Source of the DNA: Nemertoderma westbladi
Lineage: Eukaryota; Animalia; Xenacoelomorpha
Assembly (NCBI GenBank): GCA_032718475.1
Contig: JAUCBJ010002643.1
Location: forward strand, 1 to 64,000
Direction of reading: 5' to 3'
Length of the DNA: 64,000 bases
Part shown: positions 1 through 11,837 of the stretch, piece after piece
Numbering within the stretch: the first letter of the stretch is position 1
Layout: every line of letters starts with the position of its first letter
Program-made: the position numbers and the translations under genes
The notes under the pieces: generated by a model
The model's database searches: none
Told to the model about the DNA's origin: nothing
The model's input: the letters and a program-made list of their open reading frames with translations, nothing else

Positions 1-3000
1 GTTTCTTGGTCTTATACCAACTAGAACTGTAGCTGAGGAGTTTATCCGTCGGGTTATCGCACAGTTCTCGTCCTGGTTGCACGTCCCTAATCTCCCTCAC
101 CATCTGGGAGTATATCTCTTCTCCCTCTGAATCTCCCTCTTCTCCTCCTGATACCACTTCTGAGCCCGGATCCACCTTTCTCATCGGCGGCCAGGCCTCC
201 TTATCGCTCAGAAATTGTGGCCCATGCTTCCACAATACTTCCTTCTTCAGGAAAGTGTGGCGTTCTACGCCCCTCGACAGCAAGTCCGCTGGGTTCTCGT
301 CTGTTGGGCAGTAGTGCCACCTTTCCAGTTCTGTGGTCGCCCTTATTTCGTCCACTCTATTTGCGACGAATATCGGGTATCTCGTCCTTTCGTTATGTAG
401 CCAACCAAGCACTACCATGGAGTCCGTCCAGTAGTGTGTCTCCACTATGTTGGGAATAGTATCCACTAGGTAGGCTGAGGCTCTAACTCCTAGTCTCGCA
501 GCTGTCAATTCTAACTTGGGAACTGATGCTGAATCTGGCGGCGTTGACTTTGCTTTGCTAAAGGCTAGTCTGGGCTTATGAGCCCCCTCTCGTTGTACTA
601 AATAGAGTGCCGCTCCGTACGCCTCCAACGACGCATCGGAGAACATGTGTAGGTCCAGACTCGTCATGTTCCCATCCGGGAAATACACTCGGGGCATGTT
701 GTATGTTCCCATCTTCTCCAAGTCTCTTGTCCACTTGCTCCACTGCTTCTTGATTTCCTCTGGTACCTCTACGTCCCACTCATCCTTCAATTTGTATACT
801 CTTTTGAGTATCTGTTTCCCCGTGACTAATAATGGGGATGCTAGGCCTAGGGGATCGTATATCCTTGCTATATACGATACATAGCCCCTCTTCGTGTGGA
901 TGTCTGCGCCCTCCTGGCTCAGCTGATATTTAAGTTCGTCTGTCTCTCTATCCCACACGATTCCCAACGCCTTCTGTTGAGATTCTGTTCTTTTAATCGC
1001 CATGTCCTGCCCTTTGGCCGTTGTGGGATTATCCATGGTCGATTCTGGCCTCTTGTCCTCTATCGCCTTGATAAATTCTTCCGAACTGGATTGGAATTTG
1101 GTCAGGTTAAAACCGGATCCTTTTAGGATGTCGCGAACCTCGCGCCCTGTGTCCAGTATTTCCTTAACCGTATTTCCAGATTCCATTCCGTCGTCTACGT
1201 AGAAGCCACGTCGAATCATATCGACGGCCCTACTGCTGTATCTATCTTCCTTCCCTTTCACTGTGTCTCTCACTGCCATAGTCGTCGTAAATGAAGACGA
1301 CTTGGCCCCCATGTTCTGTACTACCATCTTATATGCTGGTATTATCGGCGGTTCTTCTTCGCCGTTATACCATAAGAAGCGTTGACTGTCGCTATCTTCT
1401 TCCGTTACACGGACTTGGTTGAACATGCCTTCTATGTCACACGTGAAGGCGTGTTTCCCATTTCGAAATCTAAGTAACACCTCTATGCCCGAATTGTAAA
1501 TGTTTGGGCCTTCTAACAGGTAATCGTTTAAGCATTTTCCGTCGGTCTTTGCCGATGCGTCGACTACCATCCGTAGTTTACCTTTCTTTGGGTCTATGGC
1601 CACGTGTAGTGGCAGGTAATATGTCCTGTCCGTGTTCGGCTCGTCGACCGGTAACTCCACGGCCCATCCTTTCTCGACGTACTTCTTAATCGTCCTGTGG
1701 ATGTACTCATTCTTCTCGGGGCTCCGTTTTAGTGTTTGTTTCAGCTTGCGGAGTCTCGTGAGTACCATCCCTCTATTGTCGGGCAGCGGTATCTTCGGTA
1801 GTTTCCATACCATTCCTATAGTATACCGCCCCTCATTGCATGTCATCGATTCCTCCACGCTTTGTAAAGCCTGCTTGTCTTCTACCGAGGTCCCGACCCC
1901 GGTTTCTTTCAGTCCCTCGAAATCTTGTCTGAGCAGTCTTTTGAGCTGCTCCTCTGCTCCCTCGTCACCCATTTCCTGCATTGTTCCCGCGAACATGCAT
2001 CCTGATGTCTCCGACATCCTAAATGGTATCTTGCTCTTGATTGGACCACTCAGCGTCCACCCGAATGGTGTTAATATGGCCACCGGGTCACTCTGCTTGT
2101 CTTCGCCGAAGACCGTTTGCATTCTTTCGTGGGCCGTTGGGCAGTCCATACCTACTATGATGGATACCTTCCTAACGTCCACGTCTGGGATTGAGAAGTC
2201 AATGTCGTCCAGGAATTTATACTGCTCGACCTCGATGTTGGTTGGCCGCCTGGCATTGATATTAATTGACTCTATCACTTGTATGGGGTCGATGGTTGCC
2301 CCGTAGTCGCATCCCGGTGCCACTGCTGCAATTGCGCACCGTCCTGTTCTCATCTCCAGGATCTCATCTTTGCTAGAGATGGTTGTTACCGCCATTCTGC
2401 TTGGCCTCGTTCTCAATCCTATCTCTTCGGCCACCCATTCCTCGACTAGTGTGAAGGCAGCTCCACTGTCAACCAGCATTAGTGTTGTTACTGATCGATT
2501 GCCTTCCCCAATCACTCGTACGGGTACTACTCCAAGTAACACCGTTCCTCTCTTCTTCGCCCCTACTGTGCTCGTTGCCATCGTTTGGCCTCCCCTCTGT
2601 CCGAACTTTACCGGCTTCTCTTTGCATTCCTTAGCTCTATGTCCACTCATCACACACCGTGAGCAGATTTTATTGCTCAACGCGTAATCTATCTGATCTT
2701 GCCTAGGTAGCGCCTGCCAGTACCTGCAGTTCATGGTTTGATGAAGCGCATTTGCGTGTAGCTGGCATTTGCTCTTTGGGTCGTAGCCCTCCTTATACAG
2801 CGCATTGCGTATCGCAGTTGCGTTTGTACCAAAGTCCCTACTATTCTTATTGTTTGGATTCGGCCTACTGGACGTACTGGGGTTATATTTGTTCGTGTTG
2901 TTATTGTTCCCCTGTCCGTTCCATGGTGTGGTCTCATCTTCGGCTAGCTGTGGACTTGCAGTCCCCTGCGTCGCTGCATATGGCAATGATTGCCTGAGCC

Positions 3001-3890
3001 TCGGTAATGCGTTTGATGTATTGTGCTCTGGTTTCGGTCTATAGTAATCCGTCTTCGGTCCCTTTCCCAGGCTATCTTCGCTATAGACTGGGTCAGTTAT
3101 TAGTTCAGCCTCGTAGTTTAAGAAGTTTGACATTTCTTCTAAACCCGGTTCCGCACCCTTCTTATCTCGAGTGGAGAAGGCGATTTTCCTCCACTTGTTG
3201 CGTAGCCAGCTCGGTAGTGCCTGCGCTATCGTGGTGATGTTGTTGGACGCGTTGAGCTCGTATGGCGCGTCTAGCGTCTTCAGCACGATTAGCGCCTTTT
3301 CAACTTTGTTAGCAAATGTCTTAATGCTAACGGGATTATCCTGTAGGCCACCCGATTTTATGCCTCTCAGTGTCTGTCTGATGATCTTGGCCGGGTGCCC
3401 GTATTCCCTATCCAGTGCCCGCCATGCTGTCGTGAAGCCGCCCTCTATTCCTTGATATTGCCTCACGATGTCGTATGCTGGGCCTCCCGTGTATACTTGC
3501 AGATACTTTAGGCACTCCGCCTGCGTCAAGTTCTTTGTTAGTATTTCGTTACTATACATGCGCCGAAACTGTAGATATTCTTCCGGCCTGCTCCCATCGA
3601 ATTTGAATGGTTCCACGGGTGGTAACTCGATCCTCGTTTTCAACGCATCGATCAACGTGGCCATCCCCATCGCCTGCGCTTCCAATGGATTCGATGGGTG
3701 CTGCATAGTTTCTCCTGTCTGGTGCGGCTCGTCCGTCCTATTTCTTGACTTTCTCTGACTTGGGTATGTCATCGGGGGTAGCGGCCCCCTCCATATTTCT
3801 GTATCACACGACCTATTCTCATCCAAGGGTCTCGTTGTTCTTGCTCCTATCGGGGTATATTGTTGATATTGTGATGGGGGAATGTCACCC
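1..3890 (-). CDS. Gag-protease-RT-RNase H polyprotein of element A (runs off left edge; 5' limit approximate)
   Basis: Motifs above read in spot-checked minus-strand frames; absent from the ORF track, consistent with no stop before the edge. The 5' side meets a poly-C run at ~3893-3905. Confidence 0.8.
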
Positions 3891-4904
3891 TGTCCCCCCC
3901 CCCCCACCGGTATGTTTGGTACTGGGGTTGATGTTAATATGTTGGGACCCATACACCTATCCGCAATAATTCCCCCCTCCCCTGGGTATATGTTATGTCC
4001 CTGCATGCTGTAGTCATACTGCTGTACTGGTACCGGTATTGGCCTATCAGCTTCTGGCCTACCCGCCGGTATGTATTCCGCGACTTCCGGGTTTAATCCC
4101 GTTGTACACGCTATCCTATCGCCTACATTGCCTCTCTCAGTATGGCCTATGGTATGTGCAGTAAGGCCTACAGTATGTCCTACAGTCTGCATGTGTTGTT
4201 CGGGATCGAAGTTTATTCTTCTCGAATAATCCTCCCCGCGGCTACCGTATTCTCGATCGATAGGTGTATTCCGTCGGAAAGTTTCTCTTCGACCCCCCCC
4301 CCCCCTCTACTGTTCTCGTCTTCGTACCGGTACATCGCGTACTCCTCCATCGGCGCGTAGTGCGCCTCGCCGGGTCGCATCTCTCCGGGGCGACGGCAAT
4401 CTCCCGGAGTCCGACCCCACTGACTCTCCGTTCTCATCTCAGCTACCGACGGCTCGCTATCCGTCCTCGCTCTTCTATCGTTCGCGGCGATACCTCTACT
4501 ACTGTCTTCTCTTCTTCTCCTTTCAGTGGAGTATTCCCGCTCGTGAGATCTCTCGTCGACCTCCCGGTTAAACCCCACTGTTCTTCTTCCCTCTTCTGAT
4601 CGGGCTCGACGCTTCGTCCGGCCTCTTACGACGTCAACCTGTCTCTCTCTGCTCGGTCGCACGCCGCTGGGGATACTCGCAATCCCCCTATTACTTTCCG
4701 TCGCCGGTTGTTGCTGTTTACCTATTTCGGCCCGCGCATTATCCGCTGACGGCTGTGGGACACTCTCTGCCCCCCCCCCCCTTTCGCCTTAACTCGCTGT
4801 TGTGGGGTTCTCGTAGCCCCCCCCCCCCCACTCGCCACATCTAACTTCGCTACTCCTCACCCCTCTACTATATCCCTCTCCAGTCGACACATCAACCCTA
4901 CCGC

Positions 4905-5240
4905 GGTCGGGTCTATTCACCCCCGCCTCTCCCTCTGCTATTGCGTGGCCTACCAGGCCCTCTACTCCCTGCCTACCAACTATGTGGCCTACCAGGCCCT
5001 CGCTGGGTCTATTCAACCCAGCCACTCACTGCCTACCAACTACATGGCCTACCAGGCCCTCGCTGGGTCTACCTAACCCAGCTACTCCCTGCCTACCAAC
5101 TGTGTGGCCTACCAGGCCCTCGCTGGGTCTATTCAACCCAGCCACTCCCTGCCTACCAACTACGTGACCTACCAGGCCCTCGCTGGGTATACCTAACCCA
5201 GCCACTCCCTGCCTACCAACTACGTGGCCTACCAGGCCCC
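4905..5240. repeat. 60-bp coding tandem repeat (~5.5 copies) in Gag of A
   Basis: Unit ggcctaccaggccctcgctgggtctattcaacccagccactccctgcctaccaactacgt; encodes GLVGHVVGRQGVAGLNRPSE on minus strand. Confidence 0.9.
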
Positions 5241-6370
5241 CGTCTGTCTGGCTATACACGCCCGACGTGTTTACGTTAATAGCACTCATATTGGAAACGG
5301 AATTAATTTGTTCGTTCGAAATAAAATCATTTGAATTACTTTGCGCGACTACACTATCTGAATTATTTTGTAAATTCGGGCTCGGATCATTATTTAAATT
5401 ATTTGGATTATTTTGTGTAATTGCGTTACTTAAATTATTTTGTAGGTTCGAATTTGGGTTATTATTTTGATTATTTGGATTATTCTGTCTAGCTACATTA
5501 ATATTAGAATTATTTTCTACGTTAATATTAGGGTTGTTCTGATTTAAATTTAAATTACTATCACTAGGCAAAGTATTTCCTGCAATAAAGGTTTGATTAG
5601 AATTATCCCATACGGTACTATTAATATTAACCACGTCTACTGTACCATTATCATTATTACCCCCCCGGCCCGCACGGTCACACCAGTCTTGGGTCTGTCG
5701 TGCGGTCCCCGCAAGTGGGGCATTAATAAATGTATCCACGGCCCCCGGCTCCTCAAAAATACTCGAGCCAGCCTCGCTCTCAGACGCCCCCATCTGCGCC
5801 AGTTCCACCTCACGCGTGTGTACGGCTTCATACTCTACGAGTTTGTCTCGCTGTTTCTCCAATTCTTTCCGCTCACGCTCCGCTTTTGCTATTTTATCCA
5901 TAGCCTCCCGTTCGCTCTGCTCGGCCAATTCCATCTCTCTCCTAATCCCCTCCCTTCGCCTCGCCTCACGCTCTCTACGCTCACTCTCCTCCCTCGCTTC
6001 ACGCTCTCTGCGTTCACTTTCCTCCCTCGCTTCACGCTTCTCGCGTTCGCTTTTCTCTCTCGCCACACGCTCCTCTTGTTCCTTCAACTCTATTTCATCA
6101 TACTCCCTAAGGCTCCTCACGGCCCTTTTGTTAAAATATCCATAATGGCAGAATGGTCGCAGTTGCAGTTCTCATATTATTGCTATATAATATATGTACT
6201 GATATAGGCTAATAGTAACCATAATACTAAGTAACAAGAAAAAGTAAGGGAACTTAGATCATACTATCAGTTTGAACTCGTAATAGTACAATATTTACGA
6301 CACTCCCACGAAAGGAAATACTACCGGACCGGTGATGACTTTGTCTTGATTTAAATTTAATTTATTTCTA

Positions 6371-7477
6371 CTAACACAATCCTTCCGCTATTAATTTCTT
6401 AGCTCTCTCCGCAGCTTTTCTTTTAGGTCGTTGACATTCACGGTCATTAGTGGTATGTTTTGAAATGCGGGAATCAGAAGAGTTAGTATTCTTATTCATC
6501 ACAGAGTTTGATTCAATACATCTCTCGTTTAATTCCAATGGAAACAACATGTTAATTGGTCGAGTTACTCGACTTACTTTTACCTTCCTTTTATTCTCGA
6601 TAATGAATCTCACAACAGCGCTTCTAACTTCTTCATCATTACTGGTGTTCAAAGAATCAATAACTCCCAGTTTCCAACGTCCTCTTGGCCCATCATCCTT
6701 TATCAAAACAATATCTCCAATTTGTGGTTTATCTACCAACTGTCCCTTTCTACCCTTATGGTCAGTTTGTGTTCGCTCTTGGAGACTATGTAAATATTCG
6801 TCATAGAAAGCTTTCCAGGCAGAATCAATATGTTCCTTTCCATGAGTCCATGCACTAATCAAACTTTCCTTAAGTGTCGGAATGGCTGGTTGATAACTTG
6901 AATCTCTTAATACATCTTCATAGGATCCACATTCTAAAAATGCACCTAAGAAATCATTTGGACATAAAGTATACCCTGAGTCTATATCATTTCCTACATA
7001 TAGCAGAGGTCGACTATTTATTATAGGTTCTATTTCTAATAACAGGCATTCAAGTTGCCTTATAGTCAAGCACGTCTTTCGTAGTAATTTCTTTAAGATC
7101 CTTTTTATCAAGCCAATAAGCCTTTCGTAAAAGCCACCCATCCAAGGGGACATTTCAGGGATAAATCGCCACTTTATGCCGTCACTTAACACAGCTTCCA
7201 ATACAGATCGTGCCAGTTTAAATTGAGAAGCATTATCAGATATGAACATTGATATCTTCCCTGATCTCGCTTTAAATCGCCTAAAACAAAATAAAAACTC
7301 TTCAGTTCCTTGGTCTCGAACTAATTCCAATCTAACACCTCGAGTAGCCATGCATGTAAACAGACAAATCCAAATCTTTTGGACTTCGTTTGCATCGTTT
7401 CTTCCGAATAGTGGTCCCATATAATCCAATCCAGAATATTCAAAGGGAAGTGATCTCATAATACGCTCCTTTGGCAA
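6371..7477 (-). pseudogene. BEL/Pao integrase core and C-terminus (N-terminally truncated)
   Basis: PFEYSGLDYMGPL, FTCMATRGVRLELV, ISDNASQFK, PWMGGFYERLIG, GDIVLIKDD..RGRWKLG, RPINMLFPLE. Confidence 0.9.
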
Positions 7478-7911
7478 TGGAGCTATCGGAGGAAGTTTAT
7501 ATGATTGGAATTAGTTCGAGACCAAGGAACTGAAGAGTTTTTATTTTGTTTTAGGCGATTTAAAGCGAGATCAGGGAAGATATCAATGTTCATATCTGAT
7601 AATGCTTCTCAATTTAAACTGGCACGATCTGTATTGGAAGCTGTGTTAAGTGACGGCATAAAGTGGCGATTTATCCCTGAAATCTCCCCTTGGATGGGTG
7701 GCTTTTACGAAAGGCTTATTGGCTTGATAAAAAAGATCTTAAAGAAATTACTACGAAAGACGTGCTTGACTATAAGGCAACTTGAATGCCTGTTATTAGA
7801 AATTGAACCTATAATAAATAGTCGACCTCTGCTATATGTAGGAAATGATATAGACTCAGGGTATACTTTATGTCCAAATGATTTCTTAGGTGCATTTTTA
7901 GAATGTGGATC
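6924..7911. repeat. 409-bp inverted duplication (6924-7332 / 7503-7911), 170-bp spacer
   Basis: 7503-7911 is the near-perfect reverse complement of 6924-7332; ORF 7505-7951 repeats the integrase peptide. Confidence 0.95.
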
Positions 7912-7918
7912 TCGCTCA

Positions 7919-7934
7919 CCACGCTCTGCTACCA
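7919..7934 (-). promoter_or_regulatory. Primer-binding site, initiator tRNA-Met type
   Basis: TGGTAGCAGAGCGTGG directly after the 5' LTR on the minus strand. Confidence 0.8.
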
Positions 7935-9379
7935 TGTTAAAATATCCATAATGGCAGAATGGTCGCAGTTGCATTTCTCATATTATTGCTATATAATATA
8001 TATAATAAGTACAAAAAGTTTACATGAGACCGGTACACAGATGGTCCATAAAACAGCAGTATACTACTGCATACATCAATACCTCACCCAACACCGAAAT
8101 ACTAAGTATCAAGAAAAAGTAAGGGAACTTAGATCATACTATCAGTTTGAACTCGTAATAGTACAATATTTACGACACCTTTCGGCCCTCTCTCTTATCT
8201 CTCCAATCGACGCCATTTCCCTCTCTAGCAGCACTCTCCCTTCCTCTAGCCGTCTACCTACTTCTCTATTACCTTGCACTGCTAGATTGAGACGGTACCT
8301 AGCGTCTATCTCTCTCACCCGTCTTTCTTTCGCGGAGGATGTAGCAGACTTATCGGTTGTGGAGGATTCCCTCCGCCTTCCCGATCTACTAACTTTCCCC
8401 CTCCTCCCGGAACTCCCTCCGACCGACGAGACCGAATCCGCGGGGTCAGCCTCGGATTCGCCCTCCTCAGGTCTGTTCCAACCCACTAATTTTATACCCC
8501 GGGCATCGATTAAATATGGCCCTATGTACACTACACTAGGTTGTATACCCCCATGCCGCCATGAGTCATACAGTTCCTCGGCAACCCTTCTCGCTCTCTC
8601 CTCGGCCAATTCTCTCTGCCCGAAACGCATTAGATAGTATAAATGTCTGTCCGACTTACCTAGTCCTGACTTCAGTTTTACCTCGTCTATCGTTTTCCCC
8701 TTTCTGGCCTCCTCTAGTAGTCTCCGGGTCGCGTTGTAGGCCCGTCGAAGTCGCTCAGAAACCCCGACGTCCTCGTCGCCGACCTCTCGTCCGTCTCTCC
8801 GGGTTCGACGTCGTACCGGCGGCCCCACCGTCGCCGTTCCGGCGGGCCGTCCGTCGCCCTCGGCCTGTGGCTGGCTGGCGACATCGGTACCGATTTCTCC
8901 TCCATTTCTCCGCGTCCGGCGCCGCACCGTCGGCCCCACCGTCGCCGTTTCGGTGGACCGCTCGTCGCCCTCGGCCTGTGGCTGGCCGGCGACACCGGTG
9001 CGTCGACCCCCGTCCCGTGTCGACTCGTCTCCTTCTCCCTCGAGCTCGTTCTCTCTATCCTCCGACTCGATTCCCCCTCCTCTCGACTCAGCTTCTGACT
9101 CCAGACGGTCCCCCTCATCTTGAACTTCCGGGTCGCCCGTTATCGATGGCTCCGGCGTCGTGGGCCTATACCGCCTGGTCGCGGCCTCGCGGATCGTTAG
9201 CTCTTCGTCCGGGGTCCGCGTCGGTGTCGTGTCACCTGACAGACTCATCTCTCTTCTGCAGGTTGGTGGCTGGTGGTTGCTGAGTCTAGTTAGCTAGGGC
9301 GGCAGCTCTGTTTTAGTTACTGTGACGGGATCCAAGAGGGATCCCGGTTTATCCGTTGTTAGTTCACGCGTCCCCGCCG

Positions 9380-9867
9380 TGTATAAAGAGTGAATGAGTT
9401 TGTGCTGTTTGTCGTATATAATATTCGGGTATGCAGATATAGATATAGATATAGATATGAGATAATATTGTCGTATACGGAAGGCGGGATACGGTAACTA
9501 AAGTCCCGGTCCTTCCCTAGCTAAACTATGTAACTTAATCTAGCACCGGTATTGCACTGAGATAACTGAATTGATATGATTACTGCCAAGTGGCTATATT
9601 GCACGGTTGGCCTTGTTACTCTACCTAATCGATGCCTTTCCCCCCTCTGATTGGTTGATACCCTTGTTGGCGCCCTTTGGAGTGTTCCCGTTCACTCCAC
9701 CTATTCTCTCTGGGTTAGGGGTTTGGCCCCTGACCCTCATTGTGTGCTTCTCCTTCCCATTCTTATTGGGATGGCACGAGTTGGTTAATTACCCAATCTC
9801 GTGGCTCCCAATATTGCTTATCGGCTTATAACTTTATGGGGTGTTAGCGGGATTGAATAAGCTAACA
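9380..9867 (-). repeat. Putative 5' LTR of element A
   Basis: TGT...ACA ends; CCAAT boxes, TATA-like ~9595, TCAGTT initiator-like ~9565; right end abuts the B leader repeat. Partner LTR not in window. Confidence 0.6.
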
Positions 9868-10375
9868 TGTCCGATAAATTACTAGTTAGGAACATAGGGG
9901 CTTCCAGTGCTGTGAGGTAAATCCCCTCGAAAGAATAAGTCGTACAATAACTCGGTTAGAACGCATACTAACTAACCATTTCGGAGTCTGCATATACAGT
10001 AGTTTGTTTAGGCTTGATAGTAGTCTGTCAGCGTTTGGTCTGTATTTTGTATGTGTAGTCTGTACAGGTAGCGTAATATTTCTTATTTAGATAATTTGTA
10101 GGCTGGATTGTTGTCTGGCTGTTGTTAGGTCTGAAGAGATTGCGGTGTGTGTAGAGTGTATGTCCGATAAAGTACTGGTTAGGAACGTAGGGGCTTCCAG
10201 TGTTGTTAGGTCAATCCCCCTGAAAGAATAAGTCGTACTACTCGGTTAGAACGCATACTAACTAACCATTTCGGAGTCTGCATATACCGTAGTTTGTTTA
10301 GGCTTGATAGTAGTCTGTCAGCGTTTGGTCTGTATTTTGTTTGAGTAGTCTGTACGCATAGCGTAATATTTATTA
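9868..10375. repeat. ~293-bp leader tandem repeat of B (~1.7 copies visible)
   Basis: tgtccgataaa... recurs at 9868 and 10161; homologous to the 288-bp array of B'. Confidence 0.85.
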
Positions 10376-11837
10376 TTCAGAGTTTATGCGATTATTCGCA
10401 ACATTCATATCCCCAAGTTAATTCCTACAGTAATTGTGCTTGTTGTACATACCGTTATAGTTAAATTAACCCCGGTACTACATCAGGGCTGCTTGGCGTA
10501 GGTAAAGACTGGTGATTTTGTGCCCCGGTCACTCCAGCAGATACCATGGTTCTTTTAGCTGTACAAGTATTTCTAACTGCTGATTATTTGTTGTATAAGT
10601 ACTTGTACCTAATTTAGGGTTTAGTGTACAGTGCTTTCCGAAGGTAATTAGTGTGTAGGCAGTATATTTGTGTTGTAAAGTGGTTAATAGGCACGTTGGT
10701 TCTGGTAGACCGCGGTAATTAACTTCTAGGTAGGAACACTCCGTGATACATAACGTAGTACTTATAGCGATACGGCTATAAGTCGTCAGACGGTGGTATT
10801 TTTCCTATCTGGACAACGCAGTATATTTACTACTGCTTTGTTATTTTCAAATACCGTAGTACCCTGTCCATTGTAATAACCAGATATTCTAACCCTTTGT
10901 TAGGCTGGTTTGTAGACTTCTTGTAAAATTACCCTAAAAATTCGTACGTGTAATTTTTTGTGTTTATTTAGAGATTGTAATCTCACCCCGAATTGTACGT
11001 AATTTGTAGTATTAAGTAACTTAGGTAAATTAGAATTATTTGTTTTAGTGTCCAACAAGTAGCACTTCACTGAGAGCGTACAGCTTCTGTGTAGTGACTC
11101 CTTCCCAGAAATAATAACATTTATTTCAAATATTGACAAAACCCATTATACGGGTATATATATATTATAAATCAACTCAAACCGATTTATAAAATAGTAG
11201 GCCTGTCATACAACAATTAGGTCTTAATATCAGTTGGACTACTGCTTAAATAACGGTAATAAAGTAAAGTAAAGTAACCAAGTAACCCCTAAAATTTAGA
11301 AATTCAATTATTCTAAAATAATTGACATACCGGTATTTAAGATAGGCTTATTATATTTATTTCTATAAATTTAGGCTGAAATTATATACCGGTATTCTGT
11401 AATTAATTCTATTCCATAATTATACTTATGTATACTATAGGTGTAAGCTGTATACCGGTATTCACGATAGGCCTATTATATATTTATATATATTTGTGCT
11501 GAAATTATATACCGGTATTCTGTGACAAATCTAGTTTGTAATAATTATACTTATATATACTATAAGTGTAAGCTGTATACCGGTATTCACGATAGGCCTA
11601 TTATATATTTATATATATTTGCGCTGAAATTACATACCGGTATTCTGTGACAAATCTAGTCTGTAATAATACTTATATATATACTATAAGCATACCGGTA
11701 TTCTAATATATTGTATATATATCACGTTACATAGAGTGACGATATCGGTAATTAATTACTAGGCTAACGGTGATACTGAATTACTAGATTTGCTTTAACT
11801 GTAACATAGCAGTAGGCATTCAACTGTACAAAGAAAC

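Larger units (their letters stand above)
6129..8177 (-). mobile_element. Small non-autonomous LTR element carrying only a BEL integrase region
   Basis: TG...CA LTRs 6129-6302 and 7935-8177; TSD CCTTT at 6124-6128 and 8178-8182; PBS 7919-7934; short purine tract GTGGGAG before the 3' LTR. Confidence 0.9.
4213..9248 (-). pseudogene. Disrupted N-terminal Gag region of element A (charged, coiled-coil, Asn-rich)
   Basis: ORFs 8142-9248 and 5026-6120 rejoin in frame (ERAER-AVRSLREY) once 6129-8177 and one CCTTT are removed; in-frame TGA at 5026; further breaks near poly-C runs. Confidence 0.75.
1..9867 (-). mobile_element. BEL/Pao LTR retrotransposon 'A' (3' part outside window)
   Basis: Minus-strand translation gives Gag LPPVEPFKFDG, Zn knuckle CSRCVMSGHRAKEC, protease MLVDSGAAFT (~2450-2480), RT GFYVDDG (~1190-1210) and RNase H WHYCPTDENPADLLSRG (~265-320), in BEL order; putative LTR 9380-9867. 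Confidence 0.9.

Noticed and set aside
215-3969. Many plus-strand ORFs
   Set aside because: Antisense shadows of the minus-strand BEL gag-pol.
11320-11700. TACCGGTA clusters as specific Grainyhead-type sites
   Set aside because: TACCGGTA and TAGGCCTA are common throughout the window and here sit in short leader repeats; no specific support.
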